A stretch of DNA of 64,000 bases from Phoronis australis (taxonomy: Eukaryota > Animalia > Phoronida). Positions 31,648 to 45,300 of this stretch are shown here, one piece after another. The translations under genes were made by a program, and so were the position numbers. Each line of letters starts with the position of its first letter. The first letter of the stretch is position 1. Under the pieces are notes generated by a model, which was not told the DNA's origin, searched no databases, and worked only from the letters and a program-made list of their open reading frames with translations. The stretch covers positions 62,001-126,000 of the forward strand of contig NMRA01000171.1 of NCBI GenBank assembly GCA_002633005.1. Reading direction: 5' to 3'.

Positions 31648-33349
31648 TTGCCTATCCCTAGTTCGGTTCCCAAAATCAGTAACTCACCATTTTTAACACG
31701 CGACTTAAAAGGCTTTATCTGGCTGCACATCACACCTGGAAGTCACATGTCACAACACTCCTCCTCTCCCTTCTACGGGTCAACCATGCTGCCTGCCCCC
31801 GTAAGGTCGGCCACGTCTCTGTTCTGGGTTTTTACTGCAGTTGCAGTTTCATGTGATTTTTCAATATTTTTCAGAGGGGATTGGGGCCAACATTCGGCCC
31901 CAAAATCAAGGGATTGATGGCTCTGCAATGGCAATGGAAAAGGAGCCCGTTCGCCTAACTAGCCACGGCACAGCTATTGCAGGCTGCAGTTTAGCTGTCC
32001 TATGTTATAATACAATAAGATACAGAAACTAAGAACCATTATTATTGGTTCCTGGGTACTATTTAGAAAGTATACAAGAGCGATCCTTGACGAGCAGGCA
32101 AGTGTTTAGTTTGTACTGATTAAAGTTTGCGGAAAAATTAAAAAATTGTTGCAGAAGGTAATTTCTGATTTGAATGCATTTTAACACTACCTGTAATTAT
32201 AAACACTAAAAACTTACCTGCTCGGCGTCCATATTTGAACGCTCTTGTAGACCTTCTTTAGTGTTATGACGAACTGTAAATGTGCCTATGGTTGCATAGT
32301 TTCGTCATTTGGTTGGAGCCATTTCAGGCAATTAGAACACGCCTCCACTATGCACCATAAGTAACGAAGGAGTACTGCATACCCCATTAAACACTGATAA
32401 ATGTGTAAGTCTGGTTTGCAATTTCCCCACCAGGTGACACGTAATAGCCTGCTGCTCTGCCAAGATTGTTAATCTCACCATTGTGTGAGGTATGTGATTA
32501 CGTGCTGCTTGATTTTCAATCAGGGTCACGCAATGAATGACTTCAGTCTAAGGTCATGTAACAGGCAATAATAACGATTGACACGTGTTACATAGTGGCG
32601 GGAGTGTGAACCTCGCCAGATATCCGGCACATCTATCCGACTTGCGGTGCATCAATTTCGCAGTTTACTATCTGTAATATTTTGACTTGAGTGCGGCGAC
32701 CTTGAAGAAATCCCAGGTCTTTCTGCTGTGTCTTTATGAGATTGGAATTTTTTTAGTCAAGGGAAAATCTTATTCCTCCCATCATGCCTGATGACTGGAA
32801 TTTCTTGTGATTTTTAGATGTGTGCCCTTAATTTTCCCCAAAAATGAGCCATCGAGGGACCTAGTAGGTTCGAGAAAGTCCCATTGCAGCTAGCTGCATA
32901 TGACTGAACGTCAAAATACAGTTACTAGTAGTGGATGTGGGTGAAAGTTTGGCAATTAAAGTGAAGCAAACTGTTGACTGTTCTGATTTGACAAGTTCAA
33001 AGGGAAAGTAGAATGTCGATTGATGCATCGTGTTTTTTGAAATAAGAATGACCTGTTTTACTGTCAGAAAAGAAAGATGGGTCAAATCAGGAAAAATGAG
33101 TTAGATGTATGCAAGTGGCAAATAAATTAGTGCTGACAAAAATGTGACAGCCGTGTCTGAGTGTAGCTACAAAGATGACATCTGTGTTAATTGCTTTGAA
33201 ATATTCACTTTTTTTTAACTATCTGCTTGACTTGAAAGTTGCACATTTGTCATTTCTTAAGGTACGGTACCTAGGTAGGACACATGTTTTTTTTTAGATT
33301 TCCCTACTTTTCAGGGACAAATTGTAGAGTATTGGTGGTTTTCCAGGGA

Positions 33350-36300
33350 ATGGCAGGCCGTGTGCTGCGGACGTACGGTCGGTGGGGTGGTGGCAGCAAT
33401 AGGACTTCTGATGACCTCTGGCTTAAGGCTGTGCAACCAGATCGCAGGAGTCCTTTATTCAGTACAAGTTCCGATAATTCATCACAGCAATCCAGTCTCA
33501 GCAGTTCATCAGCAGATGAAAGCTCTCACATTTCCGAGCTCCGGTAAGAAGGAGTGTTTTTATTAGTGGTAACACTCAATTGACATAGAATGAAATCCTT
33601 CCAATAGCTATTTCAGTGTTAAGTACCTGTTGATGCGGAATTCTTAATAAGCTTTGTCTTGGTTTAGAAACTGATACTATCCTCAACTCAGTGGACGTCC
33701 CCAAAACGAGAGTTTATTAGTTTAGCAAACTTATGTTTTATTTGGTCAGTGCTTTATGAAATGACTTTTATTTTAAAATTCAAAAAAGATGCAAAATTTA
33801 TAAGTTAGAGATTAGAAATTGACGTTGCGTTAATAAATGTTATTGTCTTATTGTAATCAAAGTAAATTGCCTCTTTGCTGTTTTGGGTAAAAGTCAGCGA
33901 CTTGAACCTGAGTTATTTGCAACAACCTGGTAATAGTAAAATGAACTTGTGGGTTTTGAACTAGATGGTAGTCACCCCTTGCATCTCAGGTCAGTATACG
34001 TAGGAAATACAACTACAAACAACACATGGTGAGAGATTATCACGTGACACCAAGTTCAGAAATACAATGAACAGTATCATTTCCAACAGTTGATTTCACA
34101 AACATTCAGATTTGATGCGGTTCAACCATCATTGCCTCAGTTTAGTCCAATCTTGAGGATGTAAATTCAAGGCAGTTTTTCGATTGCCATTTTGTAATTA
34201 TCAAAGCCTCACTTTTGTGCAGACTCAACTACCCTTATGGTAATAACGTTGTAAATATACTTAATCTTACACTGTACCGTGCTACTGTGTAGTCAAAAAC
34301 TTTGTACTCTGGATATTGCTTGTTACCCATTGCTGTTTATAAATCTTCTTTTTTTATTACAGAAATAAAATTGCCAAGGCACCTCGGGTAGTTCTTGAGG
34401 TAAGATGTGAACTTTGGGTTGTATTGGCTTTTTGAAAATTGCTGAAGGCTGTTCCAGCAAAATCCGTATGGGAGGGGGGACGGCAGTTGAAATAAAAATT
34501 CATGGGTGGTGGTCTTCAGAAAATAACTCAAATTATGGGTGGTCGTTCTTGTAAGAAGTAGAGCATTAAAACTGGGTGGTATTTTTGGACCTGTAAATGT
34601 TGACAGGTTGGTATTTTAAGCCAAACACATATCCAAAGAAATTAAAACTCGCCAAAAGTTCACTTGGCAAATACCCAAGCATATCCCAAGACAAAAAACA
34701 AGCCCATGTTGATAGTGTAGTGAGTGCAATATGTACACTATATGCCATTAATCAAGTCATGGGCAACTTAATTACAAGCACATGTTGTACTGCAGTCATA
34801 TTAGAATGAAAATTTCTGCAGCACTAAACTGGTGTTAACACATATAATAAAATTGATGATTTTTAAATAAAAAGTATGAGGAGTAAGATAGACAAGTTCC
34901 AATATTCACTTGATGTAGCAGTCTAAAAGCATTAGTGAAGACAGTTTGAGATTCATAGATCCATGAAATTGAAAAAAATCTTATTGAAATTACAGACACG
35001 TGGTGAAAAAAGACACCTGGTGGCTGCCAAAATTATTGCTCACAGGTGTCTTTAAAAAGCAAGTTTGTGGTAACTGGTAGGAGTTGTGATTTCAAATTAA
35101 ATTTTTCTGCACCCACAAAAACTTTTTGGTCTGTCCCTCTGTCATTATCATTTCTTGTCATCAATTATCTCAGGAACCGCTTGGGGAATCATGATGAAAT
35201 TTGGTATGGAGGTACTTGGCAAGGATGCGCCTGCACCAGTTGATTTCCGGGCGAATTTGGCAACCTTGGTACCCCATGTTGGCCGCTTTAGTTTTCGACA
35301 AGCCATTCCTTGTATCTCAAAAACTGCTTCTCAATCACTGATCACAATGAAATTTGAAATAGAAGTATATCGCAAGAATGTGCCGGCACCAGTCAATTTT
35401 TGGACTCTGGATTCAACTACTGTGGCACCCTGTTAGTTTTTGACAAGACAGGTTGATTATTTCAAAAAGTGCTTGGCACAACTGGAAATTTGGCACAAAA
35501 ATATATAGCAGGTATTGATGCGTTTACAGAAGTCATTTTTGTTTTGATTCGACCACCCTCTGGACAAGACAACTAGTTCTTGTCTGTCGATCATCTAAGT
35601 TCTTTACAGGTCATCCTGATGGCAATTTGTTTGCAAGTGTTGTATTTTATATTTTAACTTATTAATTAAAAAATTATGGGTCGTAGGTTGGGGAAATAAA
35701 TGAAAAATATGGGCGGTGGGGGCGAAATAAAAGTGCCTTCCCCCTCCCATACATTTTTTGCTGGAACAGCCCTGAGTGCATTTCAAATAAAACTGGCAAT
35801 GAGAATAACTTCCACTAAGTGGTGCTGGCAAAGCAGTGCTTTCTATCGCAATGCTTGTATTACAATAGTCAAGTGAGATTCTTATCAAATGATTGCCTTT
35901 TTAGTTATCAGGTTTCCTCTCTCCCCATAAGCAGGTGAAGGTAGTGTTCTTCACTACACAAACTACGAACTTTACTGCAATTCTGAACTGCTCAAAAATA
36001 CATGTTCATACTGTGCATTTCTTTGTATCTAAAGCCTAGTAGTCTACTGGATTGACCTGCCAGTTCTACTGGCTAAGACATGTGATTGGCTATCAATGAC
36101 ATCTTCCAGCCTACAAACCAATCAGATTGTTAGCTAGTTGACCTGACGGAACTGGCAAAGTCATTCAAGTGTAGCCAATGAGATGTGATGATTATTGTTA
36201 GGTTCTGCAAGCGCCAACTCTACTACTAGACCAGCCTTAGGTACATCAGTGATATGATCTTTTTGACATACCATTGTCCTGAGACTTCGTGTGATAAGTG

Positions 36301-39300
36301 CACCAGTTTCAATAGAAATGCATGCAAAAGGTGTAATTGAAGAATTGTACTGGTGTCTGTGTTTGTCAAGAGATGGGGCACACCACACTTTAAGTTGTTT
36401 TTCTGCTTTCCACCAGGACTGTATGAAGGAAAACAAGCCTCCCCCAGGAAAACGTAGCAACAAAAAAGCGGAACGTCAAGCCAAAAGACCAAGTAGGCAG
36501 ACGACCAGTAGGAGGAAACAGCATCAAGACAGTGTGTGTGACGAGCAGCAGTATGACTTCAGTGACATTGAGAAACACAGTCTGATTATATCCGATTCAC
36601 CTGGCACACGGGATGCCAGTCACTGTGAGTCTTTTACTGATCTCCTGCTTTTTATCACATAAATGTTATTGAGCAAAAACATAGGATTGGTGATTCCAAC
36701 AGTATACATATAATATAATTATAACCAACTGACTGGATTTCTTAAAGATTCGCCAGGCAAGGCCTGTATATTCACATTGAGTGCAAATGAAAAAAAAATT
36801 GCGCTAACTGGCGAATAAGTAGCTGTTTGAAACTGCACAAAATTATGCTATTATTTAAAAAATCTTTAATTAAATTTCGTTTTACTGTTTGTGCCAGGTA
36901 AAGCTGGTTACAATGATAGCACAGGTTATGATATTTTGCTCTTACAGACGTAGATTGGATTCTGCAATTGCAAGCTTATAACAAATTGTACAATGAAATT
37001 TAAACATAGACGGTACGGACTACCTCATTCTATATGCGGACTCATGAAGTTTTGCAGTTTTGACGACATGTTGTTTGGCTTCTGGTAGTAGGATCTGGTG
37101 TATAAAAGAAGATGTCAAGCAAAGCCCCTCTTAGTAGTTGATGAAATAGTAATTTAACCTAACTTTGGGAATATGTCTTTCACAAAGCAGTGCTATGTGT
37201 TTGTGTTTATAGATTTTCTGTTTCTAGCTGCCGAGTCTGAACACAGGAAAAGCAGTCGTAGGAGGCGTTCGGTAGCACGCCGTGTGGTCACCGTATCCAC
37301 TAGTACACCGACCCGCTTGTGTGCATCACTAGCCTCACTTCAGCTGTCACAAGATGCTGCTTCACAACCATTACACCGTCGACCAGGCTTAAGAAGTAGT
37401 GATTCCAGTCAGTCTAGTGATGGTCACTGCTGCAGTTTAGAGCCCAATAATATATTTCACGAAAAGCATGAGGTTGCACCGTGTGTCAGGAGCGGGACAC
37501 TGTGTACGGCTGATTCCAAAAATGGGACATTTGACACTTCAGGCGACCTTTTTGCCGATAGTATTCACAACAGTTTGTATGTGAGTTCCCGAAGAAGCAA
37601 GCGCCACCGCAATGTGAACTGTGAAGACGCCAGTGAGATTTTCTCAATTAGTGATGATTTGTTTGAGTCCGCGAATAACTCTTTAGGAGACAACGTCACT
37701 CCAGCCCGAGATATTGAGGAGCTGGAGCTGTCGGCTATTGAGGAGGACGATGAAGTGTGCGACACGCTTGACACATCATACAGCCAACCTGAGAAGAAAC
37801 TCAGGTCTAGTGGGAGTGATATATCAGACCTAGTAGATAGTAAAGAGTCTGGTGACAGTGGTGGTGACGATGAACACAGCAGTGTCAAAGTATCTGGTGA
37901 GGATCTCTATCAGCTAATATCACCTTAAAATGCAACAACTGTTTTAACAATAATTCCCGTTTATATGCTGCATTTATAGTGACAATGCCTTAATTATTTA
38001 TGTTTTTGGTCTGTCATAAACACACAAAAATTCACATTTCTAACATGGAGTTCATAGTCAGACTAAATACTGTTGCCGCAAATAGTCATACCAAAATCTT
38101 GCAACAAAAAGTGTTTTTCAGTCTATCCTGCATTCAAAACTTAACAACATGTTTTATTCTTGCCTCCCACATACTGTGACCCAGGATATTGATCTAAGAT
38201 GGCTGTTGAAGGGACGACATTCTTTTTCAGATAATCCGAATGTATCAAGGTACATCCTAATCAAGGATTCTGAAGAAGTGGGTAGCGCCTCTTCGTCGAA
38301 GTATGTTACACCTTGTGGCGGTAGCACTCACCATTCAAGATCTGTCGTTGAAGAACTACGTAGTGAACTTGATCTGAGGTGTCATTCCTTCAAAGTATGA
38401 CTTAAGTTGCTAGTAATCTTGTTTGTTCTTTCAATTACAGTTTTGCAAGATAAAACTGGTAGAAGTACAATTCTAATTAGTAGTAAGCTACTTTCTGAAA
38501 TAGGTTTGAAAATGTTGTTCTTGATAACAGGTGAACTGTTTGCTGCATATTTGATTCTAGTTTTAACGCTGGGTAAGTGCAAAACATTCCGCCGATCGTG
38601 AAAAAATGACCAATAAACAAGGTACCTAAACTACACGGTCAACGGACTCATAAACACGACTCACGGACCTGCAAACACTGTCCACTGACTCTCAAACACG
38701 GGAACGGACTCACAAAACACGATCCACGCACCCAAAAACACGGGACCCTGACTCATATTCACGAGAAAACATGGTTAACGGACCGCCAAACACGGTATAC
38801 GGACAAAATGAAGACGTCAGCTGACCCAGGAAGCCGATGAGTCTGTGACCTGTGTATGGCGGTCCGTTAACCGTGTTTCCTTGTGAATATGAGTCCGTGT
38901 CCCGTGTTTTTGGGTGCGTGGATCGTGTTTTGTGAGTCCGTTCCCGTGTTTGTGAGTCGTGTTCATGCGTCCGTGCCCGTTTTTATGAGTCCGTGGACCG
39001 TGTAGTTTAGGTACCTTAATAAAGTATCTCGTATGCTTTAATTATTGTGGGCTATTCTCAAAATATCCTAGTCGTGTATTTGGTTCTTTAGAAAAAATTA
39101 TACTTTGTATCCTACTGGAATTTTCTGCAGACAGGTTCATCTTTAGATATGCCTACTTGGTAGGGAAACATCCATAGATACAGCCAAGGTACATATTTGG
39201 TGAAATATGTGTGGTTATATTCTAAAACTCCCTGCTTTCATAGGAAATGGGCATCAAAATGGTTAAAATTTGTGCCTATAAGTATACACCGGCAGTGTTG

Positions 39301-42300
39301 TGACTCTTGGTTACAAGTTGCATGCCAGATCTACAGAAGTGTATATTCGTCACTCCAAATACATGTCTGTGTGCATAGGTTTGGATTTGACTTGTTGTCT
39401 CTTAACTGATATTGTACGCCCAGGACTTGTCTGCAGAAAACTGTGAAAAACTCACATTTCTGCAGAAGACTGATGAAGTAGGGACGTGGATTAATGTACC
39501 TGTTTGCCCTTTGCTACAGTCTTCCAGCGTGCACTGCTAGCATGATACTCTGGTTGATCTTTTGACCCCCGAGACAGTGTAACAGTTTGATTGTCCAACG
39601 CTCAAGTCAAAAACTAACTCACTAATGATGCTATTTTCGCCCTCTGTTGACAGGACATGCTGACCCCTGTGAGGACTCGCACAACGAAACTAACCATTCC
39701 ACCTAAAGCCAAACTGTTGAAACAGTGTGATCAGACTGACTACATTTCGTTCTCCCGGGCGATAACGCCACGGTTTGTATATCGACTTCTCTGTGGTCAA
39801 CACAACACTGGTCTGGCAAGTCTACGTTGTGGTACCTGGCAATCACAGTGGGCTTGTGCGTTTGGTCAGCTCAAAACAAAGTGTGCAGACAGCAAGGCTT
39901 GGAATTTTCCTACTTTATTCCTCTTTATTGACTTTGATTTTCTCTCTCGATTTCCAGTTTCCTCTTTTCGTAGTTTTTTATTATTATTTTGACTTTATTC
40001 ATGCAAAAACATTGATTTCAGTTAAATTTTACAACACAAAAACTAATTCTGTCACGCAAGCCTGTCTAATTGTGGAATGATACATCACCTTCAGTTGAAA
40101 ATTTTTCTCTTTTGTCATTAGTCATTGCAAATGGTGAGACTGAGCTCTGCTCTGTCAAAATAGTGAGCAATGTCATGCAACATAGTGCATACACCTTCAC
40201 TTCATTTGGCATAAATTTATGTAAGGCTGATGATAAACCATCATCAGTCTGATCACTGTTCATAGAAAACCTCATCATTTATCATTGCTGAATGCTTAGT
40301 GACAAGTTATTGTGCAAACTATCATGATTGATGAGAAAACTTGCTGGAAACACAATATCAAACTTTTAATGAAATTCTTGTCAACCATCATATCATGCCA
40401 TTCATGTGAATTGATAGAAATAATTGATTTCTAAGATAAATTTAAAAGAACCTGATTGTTTATGTTCAAAATGCTTGGCTCATGCGTGTAATCACAATTC
40501 TTGATCATTTTCCTTTCATGACCATAAAGGCATGTATACAGCCTAAGATTCTGTTAACCTCTGGATTGGACCATTTTTACTCTTTGAGTATCAGAGCTTA
40601 TGATTAAGTGAAAGGATATATAATCACGTTATATATTGGGTCTGTAGTGCAGTTGAACAGTCACATCTGTTGCATTTTCTATTCCTCTGTTTATGTTGTA
40701 ATTGAGATTGCGGTGCCTCTTGTAGGACTATGAAGAGTGTAAAGAAAATAGGAGAGGGTGTATATGGTGAAGTGTTCAGGGGCCAAACTACAGACAAGCA
40801 GTCTGTGGCGTTAAAGGTTGGTTGAAGTTTGTGTAATGAATTAGTGATGTGTGAGTTGTTGTTATTCGCGTAGTGTTATGAATTGGAGACAAGCAGTAGG
40901 CAAAGCTGACATGAACATGTCTTGTGCCAAAAATAACTTGATTTGGACCACTTACTGTAGGTCTCCCTAGTTATGGTTTAAAGAATTTTAACAATTCTGA
41001 TGATGTAATATGGTAATGCTACTAAACTGCTTAACTGAAAAAATGGCACTTCAGGCTGCAATCAAGCATAATAAGTATACTGGGGGCTACCTCAAGTGTA
41101 AAATATTACAATACCTCAATGACTTATGTAATGTAGCCATCATTCCCCCAAACTGTCACCACAGCAAAGATGAAAATTTCTCTCTTCATTAGTTTTCTAG
41201 TTGTGTTTACTTAAAAAGTAAAAAATCATGATTCCTACAGAGTAGCCAGTGAATAAATTTGGTCCTGAAGCATTTTCACTTGATCGTACATTTACGTAAG
41301 TTTCATATAAACATCAAACTGTTTTCAGCACTCTAAAGTTTCAGCAGTAACTTCTCATATTGCCACAAGAAGTTATTGCTGAAACTTTAGAGTGCTGAAA
41401 ATAGTTTGACATTTATTGACACATGTTTGAAAGAAGGCCTGTTACCAGAATATTTATGCGGGAAAAAGCACCTTTTTGCACAATTTTTAATAATTTTTAC
41501 TTCTACAATCAGTCTATTCGTTTGGCCTATAAGCCCTCTGGAAATTGTGAAAAATATTGGTCTGGAAATTCTTTGGCCCCAAATTTGCATCATGATAACA
41601 TTGTTCAAAAATGAGCAAAAATGCAAGACCTAGAAAGTCACAGATTTGTGCAGTAAAATTGCATGAAACGTTCACTGTTTATGCTTAACTAAAGTGAAAT
41701 ATCATATAAAATAAAGCATGTCATTCTACAAGTATTGGAAAATACAAATATGAGAGTGAAAGTTTGACTGATGAGGGAGATAGTGGTTATTTTACTCATT
41801 TCTGACAGTCGCTGTTAGATGCGGTACATATTCATGAGTCTGTTGTCCACCACTTTTTACTGCATGGTTTTGCTAAATTCATTTCAGGTCATGCCAATCG
41901 AAGGAGATTTCGATGTAAATGATGAACCTCAAAAAACATTTGAAGAGATGTTGCCCGAGATACTGATTTCCAAGTAAGTGTTAGCGTTGCACTCAAGGCT
42001 GTTCCAGCAAAATCTGTGTGGGAGGGGGGGAAGGCAACTGAAATAAAAATTTATGGGTGGTTGCGTTTGATTTAAATTCAAAATGGCTGGTGGTCGTACT
42101 TCAAAAAAAATTAAAATTTACAGGTCGTTGTTGTTTCATTGGGCCATAAATGTTTGATGGTGGGTAATTTTAGTAAATTTTATAAACAATCCGCACAGAA
42201 TCAAAAACTGACACAAAAATGCAACTTGCAAAGAGCTCCGACTTTTTCACTCCCTCCGATCTCCTCATCGGCATGCCCATAACACCAGTTAACCACAGGT

Positions 42301-45300
42301 GCTCGAATTTCTCGATGGCTAATAACCATATATATGAAACATGTGTTTTCTTAGTAGTGAATGACGTTAGTGGTGATGGAGGAACAGATAAACTCAAGCG
42401 CCTGTGCAGTCAACCACAAGAACAAAAAAAATTATGGGTGGTCGCATTTCAAACTTATAAAAAATTACGGGTGGTAGGCTGAAGAAATAAATGAAAAATA
42501 TGGGTGGTGGGTGCAAAAAAAAGGTGCCTTCCCCCCTCCCATACAGATTTTACTGGAACAGCCCTAACGTGATGCCTGAGATACTGATTTCCAAGTAAGT
42601 GTTAGAGTTGCACTCGTGTGATTCATTAAGTTTCTGTTGAGGGTCTGCTTGATACCACTGAATTGGCAGATAATAACAAAGGTATGCTTTCCACCGATCT
42701 TGAAAAGCACTTGAATTTTTGACTGCCAGCCTAAGACCTGTTTACGTGGTAATTTTTCATCAAGAGTTCTGAAAGTCAACTGTCAGTACATTCCGTGTTT
42801 GTTTATTCAAGAAATCCTGAACATAACCAGACATTTTGCATAAACGATTGATTTTACAATTTTGTGATTTTGGTGTGTGTTAAAATGTTCTTGAAAAGTC
42901 CTTGAATTTAGGTTGGAAAGAACTTTGGGTTGGAAAGAACTTGAAAAGTCTTTGAATATGATATTGGAAAATAGTATGAATTATTAGCAATGATCAAGAA
43001 GTTTTATCTCAATTGTCTTGACACGTCTGTTGGTTACAAAGCTGGTAACCCTGAGGATTTCTTTCAGGGCTTTTCCAGTAAAATCTGTATGGGAGGGAGG
43101 GAAGGCACCTTTTTTTCACACCCACCACCCATATTTTTCATTTATTTCTTCAGCCTACCACCCGTAATTTTTTATAAGTTTGAAATGCGACCACCCATAA
43201 TTTTTTTTTGTTCTTGTGGTTGACTGCACAGGTGCTTGAGTTTATCTGTTCCTCCATCACCACTAACGTCATTCATTACTAAGAAAACATATGTTTCTTA
43301 CATATTGTTATTAGCCATCGAAAAATTCGAGCACCTGTGGTTAAATGGTGTTATGGGCATGCCGATGAGGAGATCGGAGGGAGTGAAAAAGTCGGAGCTT
43401 TTTACAAATTGCATTTTTGTTTCAGTTTTTGATTCTGTGCGGATTGTTTATAAAATTTACTAAAATTACCCACCATCAAACATTTATGGCCCAATGAAAC
43501 AAGAACAACCTGTAAATTTTTATTTTTTTGAAGTACGACCACCAGCCATTTTGAATTTAAATCAAACGCAACCACCCATAAATTTTTATTTCAGTTGCCT
43601 TCCCCCCCCTCCCACACAGATTTTGCTGGAACAGCCCTCGCCAAATATATTGCGTGTTGTTAGAATTTGAAACTTGCAACAAATCAACTAAGTCAAATGT
43701 TTACTACAGCTTTTTAAACAAGCTTAAAACAAATAGTTACGAGCGTTTCTCAGTTTCTCATGCCAAAGTTTACAAAGTTGGCAGAACCACAGGCATTTTT
43801 GCCTTAGGGCTGTTCCAGTAAAATCTGTATGGGAGGGGGGGAAGGCATCTTTTTTTCGCACCCACCACCCATATTTTTCATTTATTTCTTCAGCCTACCA
43901 CCCATAATTTTTTATAAGTTTGAAATGCAACCACCCGTAATTTTTTTTTGTTCTTGTGGTTGACTGCACAGGCGCTTGAGTTTATCTGTTCCTCCATCAC
44001 CACTAACGTCATTCATTACTAAGAAAACATATGTTTCTTATATATGGTTATTAGCCATCGAGAAATTCGAGCACCTGTGGTTAACTGGTGTTATGGGCAT
44101 ACCGATGAGGAGATCGGAGGCAGTGAAAAAGTCGGAGCTTTTTGAAAGTTGCATTTTTGTTTCAGTTTTTGATTCTGTGCGGATTGTTTATAAAATTTAC
44201 TAAAATTACCCACCATCAAACATTTATGGCCCAATGAAACAACAACGACCTGTAAATTTTTATTTTTTTGAAGTACGACCACCAGCCATTTTGAATTTAA
44301 ATCAAATGCAACCACCCATAAATTTTTATTTCAGTTGCCTTCCCCCACCTCCCACACAGATTTTGCTGGAACAGCCCTTATGTTGTGTTTAATTGAATAC
44401 TGCTATTTATGTATACAAATCTTTCAAAGACAGTGATCCAGTTTGCAAGAGAAGAGACAATGCAGCAAATATCTTCTTTAATAATGCTGTCCTGAATGAC
44501 TATTTGTTACCTGTGATGTGTTCCACTTTAGGGAGTTGAGTGCCTTAAAAGAACCTGGTAGAAATCAAACATCAAACTTTGTTCAAGTTAACAGGTGAGT
44601 TGCAGAGTAAAAAGTAACTTAAAAACAATTATTGACTAGCTAGAAATAATTAAACCATTCACTGAAGAATGCCTTTGTTTGAACAAATATTTATTTATGG
44701 ACAGCATAATTTCCAGCCATAACTGGCCTTCATTCCTTCACAGAGTGAGCTACATGTGTCGCCATTAATTCACTTGAAAATGTCTTACTTTACTCACCAG
44801 CCACATTCTAGAGTCAATTACCATCATAGCAAGACCACCAACTGCCATAAATTTATCTGTATTCTAATAGTTTGTACTTTTTGGGCTTAAAAACCACTAT
44901 GTAGGACTTTCAAACATTACAGATTGTTGTGATATGTACGACACTGAATACTATGATTATACTTCCACTTCTGTTTGCAATTCAGGGTTGGTTTGCTAAC
45001 ACTCTCCCCACGTTTGACATTTCAGAGTCTCCTGTGTCCAAGGAAGTTACCCAAGCAAGCTACTGGACGAGTGGGATGCCTACAGCCACAGCAAGCATAC
45101 TGAGAACGACAGGCCAAACGTGTTCAACAGAAGTCAGCTGTTCATTGTATTTGAATTTGCCGATGCCGGCAGCGATCTTGAGCATTACAAGGTTGGTTGG
45201 GAAGTTATTAAGAAATTTCAAAATATCAAAGCAAGCCTTGATTAGTCATTTCATGATTGTTACATAGTTCTTGTGGTGTGGGTGTTGTCTTGACATTGGA

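Noticed and set aside
32090-32260. Apparent minus-strand exon with a CAG|GTAAGT donor, as SRSF10 exon 1
   Set aside because: Translation has no RNP2 resemblance, and the segment is one arm of a small inverted repeat.
37565-37888. Ser-rich 107-aa minus-strand ORF
   Set aside because: Antisense shadow of the acidic haspin exon.
42170-44203. Three near-identical 75-aa ORFs (MSLSVPPSPLTSF…)
   Set aside because: Interior of the repeated MITE; no transposase motifs.
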